DNA of 64,000 nucleotides from Candidatus Marinacidobacterales bacterium (GTDB lineage: Bacteria > Acidobacteriota > Vicinamibacteria > Marinacidobacterales > SMYC01): assembly GCA_965224085.1 (NCBI GenBank), contig CBDCYI010000011.1, positions 1,088,001 to 1,152,000 on the forward strand, given 5' to 3'. Below, in pieces: positions 19,383-29,805 of this stretch. Position numbers and translations under genes: made by a program. The stretch's first letter is position 1. Every line of letters starts with the position of its first letter. Below the pieces are notes generated by a model. The model ran no database searches, was not told the DNA's origin, and was given only the letters and a program-made list of their open reading frames with translations.

Positions 19383-20267
19383 ATGAATCCAGCAAAATTC
19401 TTGTCGATGGGTCTCTTGACGGGTATCGGCGCCGTCGCCCTCGTTTTCAGCCAGGACAACGACGCGATCAAGCGCGGCGAGTACGTCGTGCAAGCTGCAG
19501 GCGGTTGCACTTGTCACAGTAATCCGAACAACGACACTTTTTCGCTCGGTGGCGGACGGCCGATTGTTACGCCTTTTGGGACCATCTACGGAACCAACAT
19601 CACCCCGGATCCAGAGACCGGGATTGGTGGGTGGAGCGACGATGACTTCATCAAAGCGATGCGCGAAGGCGTGAGCCCAGACGGCGAGGTTTATTACCCC
19701 GTTTTTCCTTACACGTCCTTCACGAAGATGACCACTGAAGATTTGCTGGACATGAAGGCCTATCTGTTCTCGCTCGAACCCGTTAGCAACGAGAACAAGG
19801 AGCCCGAGTTCCGCTTTCCGTATAGCAGCCGGTCGAGCGTCCGCGTGTGGCGCGGGCTGAATTTCGACCCTCAACGCTTCGAGGCCGACTCGCAGAAATC
19901 GGAAGAGTGGAACCGCGGAGCCTATCTTTCGGAGGCGCTCGCGCATTGCGGCGAGTGCCACACGCCGCGTACGTTCATGGGCGCGACGGATGACGATCTC
20001 TACTACGCCGGTTCGGTGGAGGGTCCCGAAGGCGAGCTCGCCCCGAACATCACTCCGCACGAAGCGACAGGCATCGGGAGCTGGAGCACGCCCGACATCA
20101 CGTGGTTCATGCAAACGAGCTTCAAGCCGGACGGTGATGATGCACAGGGGCTCATGGGAGAGCTCGTTACCCAAGGCTACTCGTTCCTGACCGACGCAGA
20201 CTTGAACGCTATCGCCGTTTATTTGAAGGCCCTCGAGCCGATCGAGAACAAAGTTGAGGCGCCATAG
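19383..20267 (+). CDS. Diheme cytochrome c (GadC/cytochrome-c'-associated type)
   Basis: RGEY..AGGCTCH, TPFGTIYGTNITPDPETGIG.WS and HCGECHTPR. Confidence 0.88.
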   Translation: MNPAKFLSMGLLTGIGAVALVFSQDNDAIKRGEYVVQAAGGCTCHSNPNNDTFSLGGGRPIVTPFGTIYGTNITPDPETGIGGWSDDDFIKAMREGVSPDGEVYYPVFPYTSFTKMTTEDLLDMKAYLFSLEPVSNENKEPEFRFPYSSRSSVRVWRGLNFDPQRFEADSQKSEEWNRGAYLSEALAHCGECHTPRTFMGATDDDLYYAGSVEGPEGELAPNITPHEATGIGSWSTPDITWFMQTSFKPDGDDAQGLMGELVTQGYSFLTDADLNAIAVYLKALEPIENKVEAP

Positions 20268-20366
20268 AGGCGCGGCCCGAAAGCACGTGATCCGGCACGT
20301 ACGCTACGTTATTGCGGTTCAAGACCTCGATCGATCCGCCCGCTCTTACCGTGACGTTCTACAGAC

Positions 20367-23300
20367 TTAAGGCTTAACAGGCTCATCGGGTGGCTTCGGC
20401 GGTCGCGGCCGGTCCATGCTCAAGCTCACCCCGCCCCAAAACTCCGAGCCTTTACGCTCGATCCGATGATCGCCGTCGACGAGATATTGCAAGATCGCTT
20501 TATCCCATTCCAGGCCAGCCGTGGCGACGAGCTTCATCCAGTCACCATGGGCCGTTTCGTCCGGAGCCTCTGTCGAGCCGCTCCAGATCGTGACTTTGGG
20601 GTTGTAGCCGCGGCTCTGTACGCCCGGACGGGGCGGGCGGCTTCCTTCAATCGAAGTGTGGATCATCACCTCGTTCTCCATGGGAAGCTTGTAGACCTCT
20701 TGATCGTCAAAGTCGGCACCGTAGCGGCGATAGCGGTCGTAGTTCCTCTGGTTCATCGCGTAGACGTCTTCGGCCGCGTTGATCGCCTTCGTGATGTAGT
20801 CGCGAATCTGGAACGCCGCTTCTTTGTGCCGCGGAAAGCGTGCGTCATCGGTATAGCTGAAGCCGGGCATGAACCAGCCCTTGTTCATGCTCCAGTTGCG
20901 CTCGGTGATACGGCCGCGGCGCACGAGCCCCGTATATTCGGAGAAAAGTTGCACGAGTTGGTGCGACGGGTAACCGTGCGGGTTCAGAAAAATATCGGGA
21001 AGCCACATTTCCCATAGCCGCCGACGGACGGTGGACTCCGGGTAGATGGGCATGGGGCGGTTGCCGTCTGTGGTCACGTCCATCCCGAGCGAAGCGAGAT
21101 AGCCTGCGTGCAGAACGAGCTCCGGGGTCTTTTCGTAGAGGTCGAAAGCGAGCTGGGCTCCATCGGCGTTGGTGATCGGATGGACCACGACGTTGACTCT
21201 GTCGAGCTTCTTGCGATGCTCGGGGTCAGTGAGTAGAAGCTCGGCGAGCTTCAACACGTGGGATGTCGAAGAGACCTCGTTCGCGTGCTGCCGCGCCGAG
21301 TAGATGACGGTCGGCTTCATCGTCGTGGCCTTGTTTTGTGAGACGTGCGAGGCCTCGACCGGTGGCATGAGGTCCATTGCCCAAATATCCTGGCCGAGAT
21401 AGCTTTCGCCCATTTTGTACACGGTGGCTTCGTCGAAGCGCGCCATCTTGGCGAGGATGGCATAGGCTTCGGGCGGTGGGATGGGCGTGTCCCACTGCAC
21501 GAGCTCGCCGTCGCCTGGACGGATCGGGAAGCGGTGGATGTCGGGAAAGGGTGCCGGGCTTCCATTAGCAGCGAGCTCGACGACCGGCTCGTTCTCCCAG
21601 TCGATCTTGTGCTCCCAGCCAGCGCGAACGGCGAGTGTCTCGACCGCGTGATAAGCGAGCGCGTCCTCGTAGAGGCCCGCCGCGCGCAGCGCGCTCAAGT
21701 GCTCGACCATGGCGATGACTTGCTCGGCGGAGAGGATGCGCTCGTCTACTTGCTCGGACCGTGTGCGTAGGGAAAGCTGCGCGCGCTCGTTCTGCTCTGT
21801 ATCCACCTTCACGCGGAGCTCGAGGCGCGTTAGGCCCGGCTCGCCCGCACGCACGTGCGCGGTGAGCGCTCTCGGGCGATTCATCTCGACTTTCGGAATA
21901 TTGCGGCGCGCTTCGCGCTGGGCTCCGTTCGCGCTCTCGTACTCGATCACGACCGCTGGGCGGCTGGTCGCGAAGCCGGTGAAGCGAATGCTCGCGCTTC
22001 CGGCTTCGCCGTCACTCTTCGGCTGCATGATGGGGATGATGCGGCCGGCATAGGTGAGCTCGTCGCCGCGCGCGTTGCGGCCGAGAATGCGGTAGAACAT
22101 GAGCGTCGTGAAATAGATGTCCTCGTGGAGCGCGTCCATCGTGGAGATGAGCTCTTTGTCGAGATCGAGAAGATAGTGCGGCTCGCTCAAGGTCAGCTCG
22201 ACGGTGAGCTCGCCGAAATAAGGCGCGTCCCGGCCGTCGCCGCGAGGATTGCCGTCATGGCGCTCCATTATGTAGTCGTACATTTTCGAAAACGTCTGGG
22301 ATTGAAAGTGATCCCAGAAACTTTCCGCGTCCGTAACGATGCGGGTGTCGACGAGTGTCTCGCCAGCGGCGGTGGCCGATAGCCAACCAGTTGTGACGTT
22401 GACCATCTCGTAGTCGCGAAAGCGGTCGAGGTAAGGGCGGAGGACGAGCTTCGGGCGATAGGTCTCTCGCAAGATCTCGTTGCCATCCGAATCCACGGCG
22501 ATCACCTCGTAGGGCGGCGCGTGCTCCGGTGCCGCTTCGAATCGAATCTTCTCCCGGGGTAGAGAAAGCTCACGGGCGAGTATCTCGTCGATGGGGAAGG
22601 CTTCCTGAAGCCAGCGTAGTGGCGTTCCCATAGCTTGTTGGCGCCACTCGTCCGGCGGCGCGTAACGCGCGAAGTGAACGGTGATCGAGTCGACGTTCTC
22701 GCCCTCGAGCTTCGGCCGCACGCCGTCGTAGAGCCAGCTATAGCCTTGTTTGAAGGCTGAGAGAATCTGCACGTCGGCGTCCGGCCCGAGCTCGCGACGA
22801 ACTTCTTCTGCGATGCGAGCGCGGACTTCTATCGGCTCGGAAAGCCGCGCCTCGAGTGTCACGGGGCGGCCTCCGGCCCGCGGCAAGACCCGCTCGCGGA
22901 ACAAACGCCAGAACGCGTCGACTTCAGAAGGGACTTGGAATCGCTCCTCGAATATGGTCGCCGCGTTTTGCACGTCGCGGTCGTCGATGATGATCTCGAG
23001 CGCCTCCGCGCCGAGCCCCGCGGCATGCTCTCGAATCACGCTCTCGAAACCCGCGGGCGGCTTCTCTAGGGAAACGGTTACCTTCGCTCGAATGAGCTCG
23101 TCATCATTGAGCTCTGCGTCGAGCTCCGCGACGAGCTTATCGAGCTTGTAGAGCGCTACCGCCGCCTGGCCCGCGGGAGAGCGACCGGAAAAAAAGCGCC
23201 AGAGCTCCATTTCGACGTCGTCGATCGTGGCGCGATCCTTCCCGCGTTCCCAGATATTCGGAAATCGCTCGGCGATTTGCTCGAGTGCGCGGTCGGTACC

Positions 23301-24440
23301 GGCATCGTCGCTGCCGGAGACGATCACAGCGCCCTTTGGGCCAAACGCGTTGGGGACGACGCGGACGACGCCTTCGCCGCGCTCGAGCTCCATCTTCGGG
23401 ATAGTCTCCTCGTCGAGGAGCGGATGAGCGCCGATAAGAACGAGCGTCGGCTCGTCGGAAGGCTCTTGGATCTCGTCCGGAAGGCGAACGATGGGTACGG
23501 AAATGCCCGCGGCCTCGAGCCCGAGGCGCGCCGCCAAATCGAGCGTTCTTTCGTTCCCATGGGTTGGACTCAACACGACGTCGATGCGGTCGGCGATGAG
23601 GTTCGTGTCGCTGTCGCCGAGCATGCCGTCCGGCTTGTAGAGGTTCGAAAGATCGAGCTCGCGTTTGGGGCCCGAGCCGGGCCTTGCCGGGATGGGGCCG
23701 CCTTCGCGCTCGGCCGGCTGTCGCGGGAAGCGCACTTCCGCGCCCGCGAGACGCATCACGAAGGTCTCGACCCCTTCATAGGACGGGGAGCTCTCGAGAA
23801 TCACGCGCCGGGCGATAGGCAGTTGGGTCTCGGGTACGTCGAGAGACACGTGAAGCTCTTGGAGCTGCCCGCGTCCCACGACGACGCGTGTGATGCGCAA
23901 GTCCTGCGGCTCGATGACCTCTTCGACGAGCGTCGCGCGAATATCCGCAATCACGTCCGAGAGCGTCACGCCGTCGGGGTCCCAAAGGTGCGGCAGACGT
24001 CCCGAGAGCGCCGTGGCTGCCGCGCGTGTCCCGCTATCCTCGGAGCCCGTGACGACGAGCCATTCGCGCCCTTCCACGACCGCGGTCGTGATCAAGCCTT
24101 CGCCCACACGGATTCCGTCGAGGTCGATGCCGATGGCTGAGGCCGCTTCGACCCCGACGGCGATGCCCACGCCCCCTCGTTGTGCCTGCTTGGCTGTCAG
24201 TGGAAGGTTCATCGCCATCGTTTCGAAACCCAGGCGTGTGGCGATGTCCGAAGCGGCGGCGACAATGAAGGGCGACGGATCGTCGCCGAGAGAGAGCTCC
24301 GCGTTGACGAAGTCGATGACACCGTCACCGTTGCGGTCTTCGAGCATGTAGCCAGCATCGAAAATTTCGTTCAGGGGACGCTGGGCGAAGGCCGTTTGCG
24401 CGAGGAGCAGACATCCGACGAGCGGCGCGAATCGTGTCAT
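20367..24440 (-). CDS. Large secreted M14-family zinc carboxypeptidase
   Basis: 1357 aa with signal peptide; C-terminal RQHANEVSST, NADG and NPHGYP. Confidence 0.8.
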   Translation of the reverse strand: MTRFAPLVGCLLLAQTAFAQRPLNEIFDAGYMLEDRNGDGVIDFVNAELSLGDDPSPFIVAAASDIATRLGFETMAMNLPLTAKQAQRGGVGIAVGVEAASAIGIDLDGIRVGEGLITTAVVEGREWLVVTGSEDSGTRAAATALSGRLPHLWDPDGVTLSDVIADIRATLVEEVIEPQDLRITRVVVGRGQLQELHVSLDVPETQLPIARRVILESSPSYEGVETFVMRLAGAEVRFPRQPAEREGGPIPARPGSGPKRELDLSNLYKPDGMLGDSDTNLIADRIDVVLSPTHGNERTLDLAARLGLEAAGISVPIVRLPDEIQEPSDEPTLVLIGAHPLLDEETIPKMELERGEGVVRVVPNAFGPKGAVIVSGSDDAGTDRALEQIAERFPNIWERGKDRATIDDVEMELWRFFSGRSPAGQAAVALYKLDKLVAELDAELNDDELIRAKVTVSLEKPPAGFESVIREHAAGLGAEALEIIIDDRDVQNAATIFEERFQVPSEVDAFWRLFRERVLPRAGGRPVTLEARLSEPIEVRARIAEEVRRELGPDADVQILSAFKQGYSWLYDGVRPKLEGENVDSITVHFARYAPPDEWRQQAMGTPLRWLQEAFPIDEILARELSLPREKIRFEAAPEHAPPYEVIAVDSDGNEILRETYRPKLVLRPYLDRFRDYEMVNVTTGWLSATAAGETLVDTRIVTDAESFWDHFQSQTFSKMYDYIMERHDGNPRGDGRDAPYFGELTVELTLSEPHYLLDLDKELISTMDALHEDIYFTTLMFYRILGRNARGDELTYAGRIIPIMQPKSDGEAGSASIRFTGFATSRPAVVIEYESANGAQREARRNIPKVEMNRPRALTAHVRAGEPGLTRLELRVKVDTEQNERAQLSLRTRSEQVDERILSAEQVIAMVEHLSALRAAGLYEDALAYHAVETLAVRAGWEHKIDWENEPVVELAANGSPAPFPDIHRFPIRPGDGELVQWDTPIPPPEAYAILAKMARFDEATVYKMGESYLGQDIWAMDLMPPVEASHVSQNKATTMKPTVIYSARQHANEVSSTSHVLKLAELLLTDPEHRKKLDRVNVVVHPITNADGAQLAFDLYEKTPELVLHAGYLASLGMDVTTDGNRPMPIYPESTVRRRLWEMWLPDIFLNPHGYPSHQLVQLFSEYTGLVRRGRITERNWSMNKGWFMPGFSYTDDARFPRHKEAAFQIRDYITKAINAAEDVYAMNQRNYDRYRRYGADFDDQEVYKLPMENEVMIHTSIEGSRPPRPGVQSRGYNPKVTIWSGSTEAPDETAHGDWMKLVATAGLEWDKAILQYLVDGDHRIERKGSEFWGGVSLSMDRPRPPKPPDEPVKP

Positions 24441-24522
24441 AGCGGCGAATTATAGATTATTGATAGTGGTGGTTGTGTAGGTCACCGACACTCACTCGCG
24501 GTGACACTCGGATCGTAAGAGT

Positions 24523-24684
24523 TAAGTGGGGCTCATCCTCGAGGGTCAGCCGCGCGTCGTATCGGAGTTCGAGGCCGGAGGCGTCGCGGGCTCGGGAAGC
24601 GGTATCGCGAAGGGGAGCGGCTATCCCATTTTGGCGCCGGTGATGGACCTGGTCGAAGTTGGGGTGGGCGGCGGCAGCATTGCC
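24523..24684 (+). pseudogene. Hydantoinase A/5-oxoprolinase internal fragment
   Basis: GLILEGQP...GSGYPILAPVMDLVEVGVGGGSIA. Confidence 0.65.
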
Positions 24685-25008
24685 TGTCCGAGCTTCTTGA
24701 GAGCCCTAACGCGGCAAACGGTCGTCGATTCCCGGGCCGCGGAAAGTCTCGGCGGCTCCGGGGGCGGTGAAATCGACGGACTCACCGCCCGCATGTCCGT
24801 CACACGATACATCGCGCGCAGTTGGAAGAAATCGCGTGTCGATCCGACCGTGTCGCGAGGGAGTGTGACGAGCAGCGCAACCGGCGAGCTTGTCAGATCC
24901 TTCCACACGGATGCCAAACGTACTTGATTCCGGCCCTTCGAACAACCGAGGAAGGTAGCTCGTCCCGTTCTAATGACTGGCGCCATACGGCTCGCACGTG
25001 CGCAGAGC

Positions 25009-25371
25009 TCAGTAGGTGATGGCCTCTTCAGGTGCTTGGAGCCCGAGGAATAGGTAGAGACCTCGATCGATAGCTTGGAGCTCCATCGGATCAATGCGAC
25101 CGTAGACTCTGCGCACGCGGGACTTACTGATGGCCCGGAGCTGGTCGACGAGGGCGTATGATTCTCGCTGCAGACCACCCGCTCCGGGTGCGATTCTCGG
25201 ATACAGAGCTCCGTCACCCGGTGTCGACGTCACCGGCACGATACACATCATCGGGAACCGCTGATCGGAGCTCACCTCGAGGTCGCTCACGACAATACCC
25301 GGGCGAATTCCGTGTTGCTCGTGCCCCTTGGCCGGGTCCTCGACGAGCACCACGCTGCCTCGCTTCAGCAT
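25009..25371 (-). CDS. mazF: PemK/MazF-family toxin
   Basis: KRGSVVLV.DPAKGHEQHGIRPGIVVS, VPVTS and DQLRAISKSR; start overlaps the antitoxin stop (TGATG). Confidence 0.88.
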   Translation of the reverse strand: MLKRGSVVLVEDPAKGHEQHGIRPGIVVSDLEVSSDQRFPMMCIVPVTSTPGDGALYPRIAPGAGGLQRESYALVDQLRAISKSRVRRVYGRIDPMELQAIDRGLYLFLGLQAPEEAITY

Positions 25372-25691
25372 CAACTTTCGTCGAGCTCGGACGACGCTTT
25401 GCCCCAACCCTTGCCTGAGATCCACCGGATCTCTGAACCACCTTCGGGATCCACGAGGTCATCGACCGTTTCTCTGGGAAGGCCCGAATCCCAGTCTGTG
25501 AGACCCATCTCCGCGACCGATTCACTGTCGAGGTGAGGGTTCCTCAAGGATTGCCGTAACTCCTCGCGACGTCGCCTTTCGAGCTCACGACGAACCGCGT
25601 CCAGTATGAACTTGCTCCGGTTTCGGGCTCGACGATCGATGTCCTCCACTATCTCGGAAGGCATCGTAATCGTCACACGTTCAGTAGCCAT
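25371..25691 (-). CDS. Ribbon-helix-helix (CopG/NdoAI-like) antitoxin
   Basis: RVTITMP..IVEDIDR..RNRSKFI.DAV; coupled upstream of the toxin. Confidence 0.82.
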   Translation of the reverse strand: MATERVTITMPSEIVEDIDRRARNRSKFILDAVRRELERRRREELRQSLRNPHLDSESVAEMGLTDWDSGLPRETVDDLVDPEGGSEIRWISGKGWGKASSELDES

Positions 25692-25850
25692 AAAAATATG
25701 ATCTGACTTTTTCGCTACTATTGTGTCAAGTTGGGCGAGCGAACGCGGCTAAAACTCTTGTGCGATCGCAGTCGGGTGAATGCCCCGCGGGCTTCCTCAC
25801 GCTGAATTGTCTCGTGGAGGCGTTTATCGCTATCGCTAAAGCGTGACGGA

Positions 25851-26279
25851 TTACTGGCTCTCGAGGTGCCTGCGTCCATCCGCGATTATCGGGAGGACGT
25901 CGTTTTTACCAACGAACTCGTAGATCGTCCGCCCGTCTTGCAATAGCCCTTCCTCGCTCTTCATCGTCCTCAGCTCGACCATCAGCTTGTCGGCGTTGTC
26001 GGAGTCCGGCGCCACGATGACGTTGAGCTGAACGCGCTTGCCGTGCACGTCGTACACGGTATTGCGCAGGCTCTCGATCTTCGCGCCAAGCTTGTCGGCG
26101 ATGGCGTCGATTTGCTCACTCGGAACGTCGAAGTCAGATTCGACGTTCCATCCTGACGGCATCTCGGGTGCCGGCGGTGTTTTTGAAGATGCGTGGGTCC
26201 CGCTATTGGCCGTGCAACTAGCAAGGCAGAAAAGCAGTGCCCAAGGGGCGAGAAAAAGGGATCGTCGCACTGGAAACAT
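25851..26279 (-). CDS. Hypothetical lipoprotein
   Basis: GGAGG RBS; lipobox LASC after a hydrophobic stretch. Confidence 0.6.
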   Translation of the reverse strand: MFPVRRSLFLAPWALLFCLASCTANSGTHASSKTPPAPEMPSGWNVESDFDVPSEQIDAIADKLGAKIESLRNTVYDVHGKRVQLNVIVAPDSDNADKLMVELRTMKSEEGLLQDGRTIYEFVGKNDVLPIIADGRRHLESQ

Positions 26280-26566
26280 GGCAACCTCCGTATTGTCGGG
26301 AATAGATCCATTATGCCGAGGACAACGGCGTGCCGGCAATAGCTAGATGAAGATTGGGGGCAATCTTGGAGTTCGAGTCCAGCTTCTACCCTCTTGCTTA
26401 TCCCGTCTTCGAAGAAGTCTACGTCAGCAGGCTCCTCGATCGAGACGAGTTCCGCGCTCACTGCGACCGGCACAAGACGCGCGAGCCATCCTGGCAGATC
26501 TAGTTTGAATCGATATCTCGTCTGCGCGTGCGACGATGGCCCGCCAAGGTGGACCAGCGAGCCAAG

Positions 26567-29170
26567 TCAGGGCTGTACTTCGGCCGTCGGCGGCGAGACT
26601 CTCGCTTCGCGAGCGAAGCGCACATACATCGCCTTTGCTTCACGAAACTGCGCGAAGACGTGATCCTTCTCCCGCTGGGAGCGCCACCCCGGCGCCGCTT
26701 CGGCCATCGCCGTGAGTTTGTCTATCCACTCGATGGAGTACTCGGCTGCTTCGAGGTTGCGGACGGGCCGTCTACCCACTGTCACCCACACCGGATTCGT
26801 GAATCCCTGAGCGAAGCCGGTGTCGAGGGGATAGCTCTCTTCCCGCACGCCTTCCGCGCGAACGTGAAACCATCCGCTGCCGCTGACTTTGACTTTCGTC
26901 GTGTAGTCGATGCTCTTGCGGTTCTCGGGTAGAGGGATCTCTTCCACGACTTCCCCGTTCCAGATTAGCATTACGGTGGACACCGGCGTGATGGAACGGA
27001 TGCGAACGTGGATCTCGACCTCGCCACCCGAAGGAGGAAGCATCACTTCCTCGCCCGGTATCTTTCCTTCAACGGTCAATTCCACGAGCGTCCCAGTGCT
27101 GACGAACGCCCGACCTTCACGCAAGCCCCGCTTCCACGCTTCGGGATCGAGTCCGGCCCCGCCAGTATAGACATAGGTGCGCGCCGAACCGGGCATTTTG
27201 CTCACGTGAAGGTCGCTCATCGCATCGTCTCCGCCCGTTGCCGTCACTCGCAGACCGTTGTTCAAAACCGCGTACCAAGGGTGGAAAGCGGCGCGTCCCG
27301 AGAACGACCACTCTACGCCGTCGGTCGTATCGAAGGCGGCGTCCACCATGAACCCCCTAGCGACGCCGAGGCCGCGATCGATCGGGTCTTCTTCACCGCC
27401 AAACGCGTGGGCGTAGCCCGTCGTCGCGTGCTGCGCCTTCGCTTTGCGCAACATGTCGGTGTTGCTCGGATAGAGGCTTTCGACCGCGGTCCCTTCGTAA
27501 CCGGTAGCCCACGGCGAGAGAAGATGATCGCGCAGCCCGATTAGCGTGACGTGGCCGTAAAAGGGCGGGCGGTACTCCTGACCGACCATCAGCAAGCGAT
27601 CCGGCGTCGAGAGAGGATGGGCGCCGCCGCCGGGGATGAAGTACTGATAGTCGAGAATGCGATTGTCCTTGTTAGCGATGAGCTCGTTGACGACGTCCTG
27701 ATCTTCCGCGGCCGACATGAGCATCAGGTTTTCGAGCGTGTTGTACAAGTTGCCGCCGTAGTTCATGTGCATGTGAGTGGAGCCGCTGTACCAGCCTTTG
27801 GCGGCCATATCGGTCATGCGCTCTAGCCTGAGCTCGACTTGCGTCACTTCCCGGCTCCGGATCTCGACTTCGCGTTCGGTCGGCCAGAACTCGAAACCCT
27901 TGACCGCCATGAGGCTCAAAGTGCCCACCGGAACTTCGAGCTGGAACGCGCCCGTGGAGTGGAAGATGTGATCGTCGCCGCCCTGGGTGAGGCGCGCGAA
28001 CGTCTCGGGAGGGCAATAGAACTTTCCGTCCGATGCGGTGAGGTGCATGCGCGCGTGTGTCGACGCGTCGATCGATGCGTCCACGACGCGCACTGAGACG
28101 ATCCCCATGGGGCGTTTCCAACGGCGATCGGTAATACGAACTGTTTGTCGCTTGCCGCCATAGGTCTCGAGTAGCTCGAGCTGAGGCAGTCCTCCCTCGT
28201 TCGAGATGTATGCGATCCACTCCCCATCCGGAGACCACCTTGGATGAAAGGCGTCGTGCTCGTAAAACGTCAGCTTGTACGGCTGGCCGCCGGCCACGGG
28301 AAGAACGTACAAGTTCGCGTATTGATCCGAAGTTCCACCGGTCGAGGAATATACGAAACGCTTGCCGTCGATCGATACATCCGGCCGCGCACGGTAGAGC
28401 GATTGTTCACCGAGAACAGCATCCGCCTCTTCCATCGCACGCGTCGATGCGGCCGCGCGCCAGATGTTCCCCGAGCCGAGCGGTACGCCCCGGTTGGACA
28501 CGATGAGAAGTTGCTTCCCGTCACGTGTCCACTCCGGCGTGATGTGCATGTCCCACTCGCCGAAGTAGAGTCGGTCTCGCGAGTATTTGTTGTCCTCGGT
28601 AATCTCGACTTCGTCGCCGGCCCACTCTCCGTTTTCGATGTCACGCGTGTAGACGTTGAAATAGCCGTTCGGCTTCGTTGACACGTAAGCAAGGGTCTTG
28701 CCGTCCGGCGAGAACATCGGGTCCGCGTAGATGTGCTCGTCATCCGTCAGCGCGTGCGATTCGCCGGTGGCGACGTTCAGAATCTCGAGCTGGATGGTCT
28801 TGCCGCCGTCGTCGGCGGTATAGACGATCCAATTGCCGCCCGCGGACCAATCCGGTGAGGAGTGGTACTTGCGGTTGTAAGTGAGCTCTTCGGCTTTGCC
28901 AGTGCTCGGATCCACACGCCAGATCGAACCGGCCATGGAAACGGCGACGTAGCGGCCGTCGGGTGACCACGCCGGCGCCCACGGCGTCGAGCTTGGAGCG
29001 GGTGGAAAGTAGTAGTTGTGCATGTAGTTCCCGCCGTGGCGTGCGGCCGGGTACAAGCGCTCGCGCGGCCCGCGTAAAAGCTCGGGAACACCCCAATGGG
29101 CCAGGGCTATAGACGACAACGTGAGGACGCCAAGTACCATGCCTTGAGCGTTGCGACCAGGTGCGTTCAC
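26567..29170 (-). CDS. TolB-like PD40-repeat protein fused to a CehA/McbA-type PHP metallohydrolase
   Basis: Repeated P.WSPDG; GWYSGSTHMH, GQEYRP..YGH and ATGGDDA motifs. Confidence 0.82.
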   Translation of the reverse strand: MNAPGRNAQGMVLGVLTLSSIALAHWGVPELLRGPRERLYPAARHGGNYMHNYYFPPAPSSTPWAPAWSPDGRYVAVSMAGSIWRVDPSTGKAEELTYNRKYHSSPDWSAGGNWIVYTADDGGKTIQLEILNVATGESHALTDDEHIYADPMFSPDGKTLAYVSTKPNGYFNVYTRDIENGEWAGDEVEITEDNKYSRDRLYFGEWDMHITPEWTRDGKQLLIVSNRGVPLGSGNIWRAAASTRAMEEADAVLGEQSLYRARPDVSIDGKRFVYSSTGGTSDQYANLYVLPVAGGQPYKLTFYEHDAFHPRWSPDGEWIAYISNEGGLPQLELLETYGGKRQTVRITDRRWKRPMGIVSVRVVDASIDASTHARMHLTASDGKFYCPPETFARLTQGGDDHIFHSTGAFQLEVPVGTLSLMAVKGFEFWPTEREVEIRSREVTQVELRLERMTDMAAKGWYSGSTHMHMNYGGNLYNTLENLMLMSAAEDQDVVNELIANKDNRILDYQYFIPGGGAHPLSTPDRLLMVGQEYRPPFYGHVTLIGLRDHLLSPWATGYEGTAVESLYPSNTDMLRKAKAQHATTGYAHAFGGEEDPIDRGLGVARGFMVDAAFDTTDGVEWSFSGRAAFHPWYAVLNNGLRVTATGGDDAMSDLHVSKMPGSARTYVYTGGAGLDPEAWKRGLREGRAFVSTGTLVELTVEGKIPGEEVMLPPSGGEVEIHVRIRSITPVSTVMLIWNGEVVEEIPLPENRKSIDYTTKVKVSGSGWFHVRAEGVREESYPLDTGFAQGFTNPVWVTVGRRPVRNLEAAEYSIEWIDKLTAMAEAAPGWRSQREKDHVFAQFREAKAMYVRFAREARVSPPTAEVQP

Positions 29171-29525
29171 GGTCACCTCCTTGGTCAAGCGACTTTCGCG
29201 ATTCTAAGGCCGGACAAACCGAGCTTCAAGGGGCTTGCCGGAAGTGTCCTCACCGTGCTTTGATGCCTCGGAGCGAACGATGTCGAGACGGAGGAACGAT
29301 GAGAATTCTTTCGACTAGCCGACCCTTGCCGTTCCGGTCCCGGCGACCAGTCCTTCTGAGTCGCGGAAACGGCGTGACCGGTGCTGGCGAGCGTCACAAG
29401 GACAGAAGCCGTGCTCCTCGCACGCTCGTTGTAAAGGACAAAGAGCGAACGTTCGACAGGATCCTTTGCAGACAGCCATGACCGGTCGGCTGGCCATGAC
29501 AATAAGCTGCCTGTCATTCTTGGGC

Positions 29526-29790
29526 ATGACGAGAACCCACCGAGTTCGCCGTAGCTACGACCATAGGCTTCGCGATGCCATCGCGGCGACGGGTAACGCG
29601 TATCTGTTCCGGAACGTTCCGATCCCGGCATCGACGCGACGCACGTGGGCGCGTGGCGAGGTGCCGCCCGTGGTCGCTGCGGTCGACGTTGAGCTGGAGG
29701 TCTACGAGCTCCTGGAGCAGGTCGACAAACTACGACAGCGGATCGAAACGCAGGCAAGTATCATCGGATTGCTGGTGAGGCTGGCGCTCT
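29526..29790 (+). mobile_element. Truncated transposase/integrase N-terminus
   Basis: RRSYDHRLRDAI...IPASTRRTW plus a coiled coil; cut off at the TA module, no catalytic core. Confidence 0.5.
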
Positions 29791-29805
29791 CGGTGCGTTC
29801 GAGCT

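Noticed and set aside
26340-26566. Possible gene fragment between the lipoprotein and the PD40-PHP gene
   Set aside because: An open frame exists but has no recognisable family or start.
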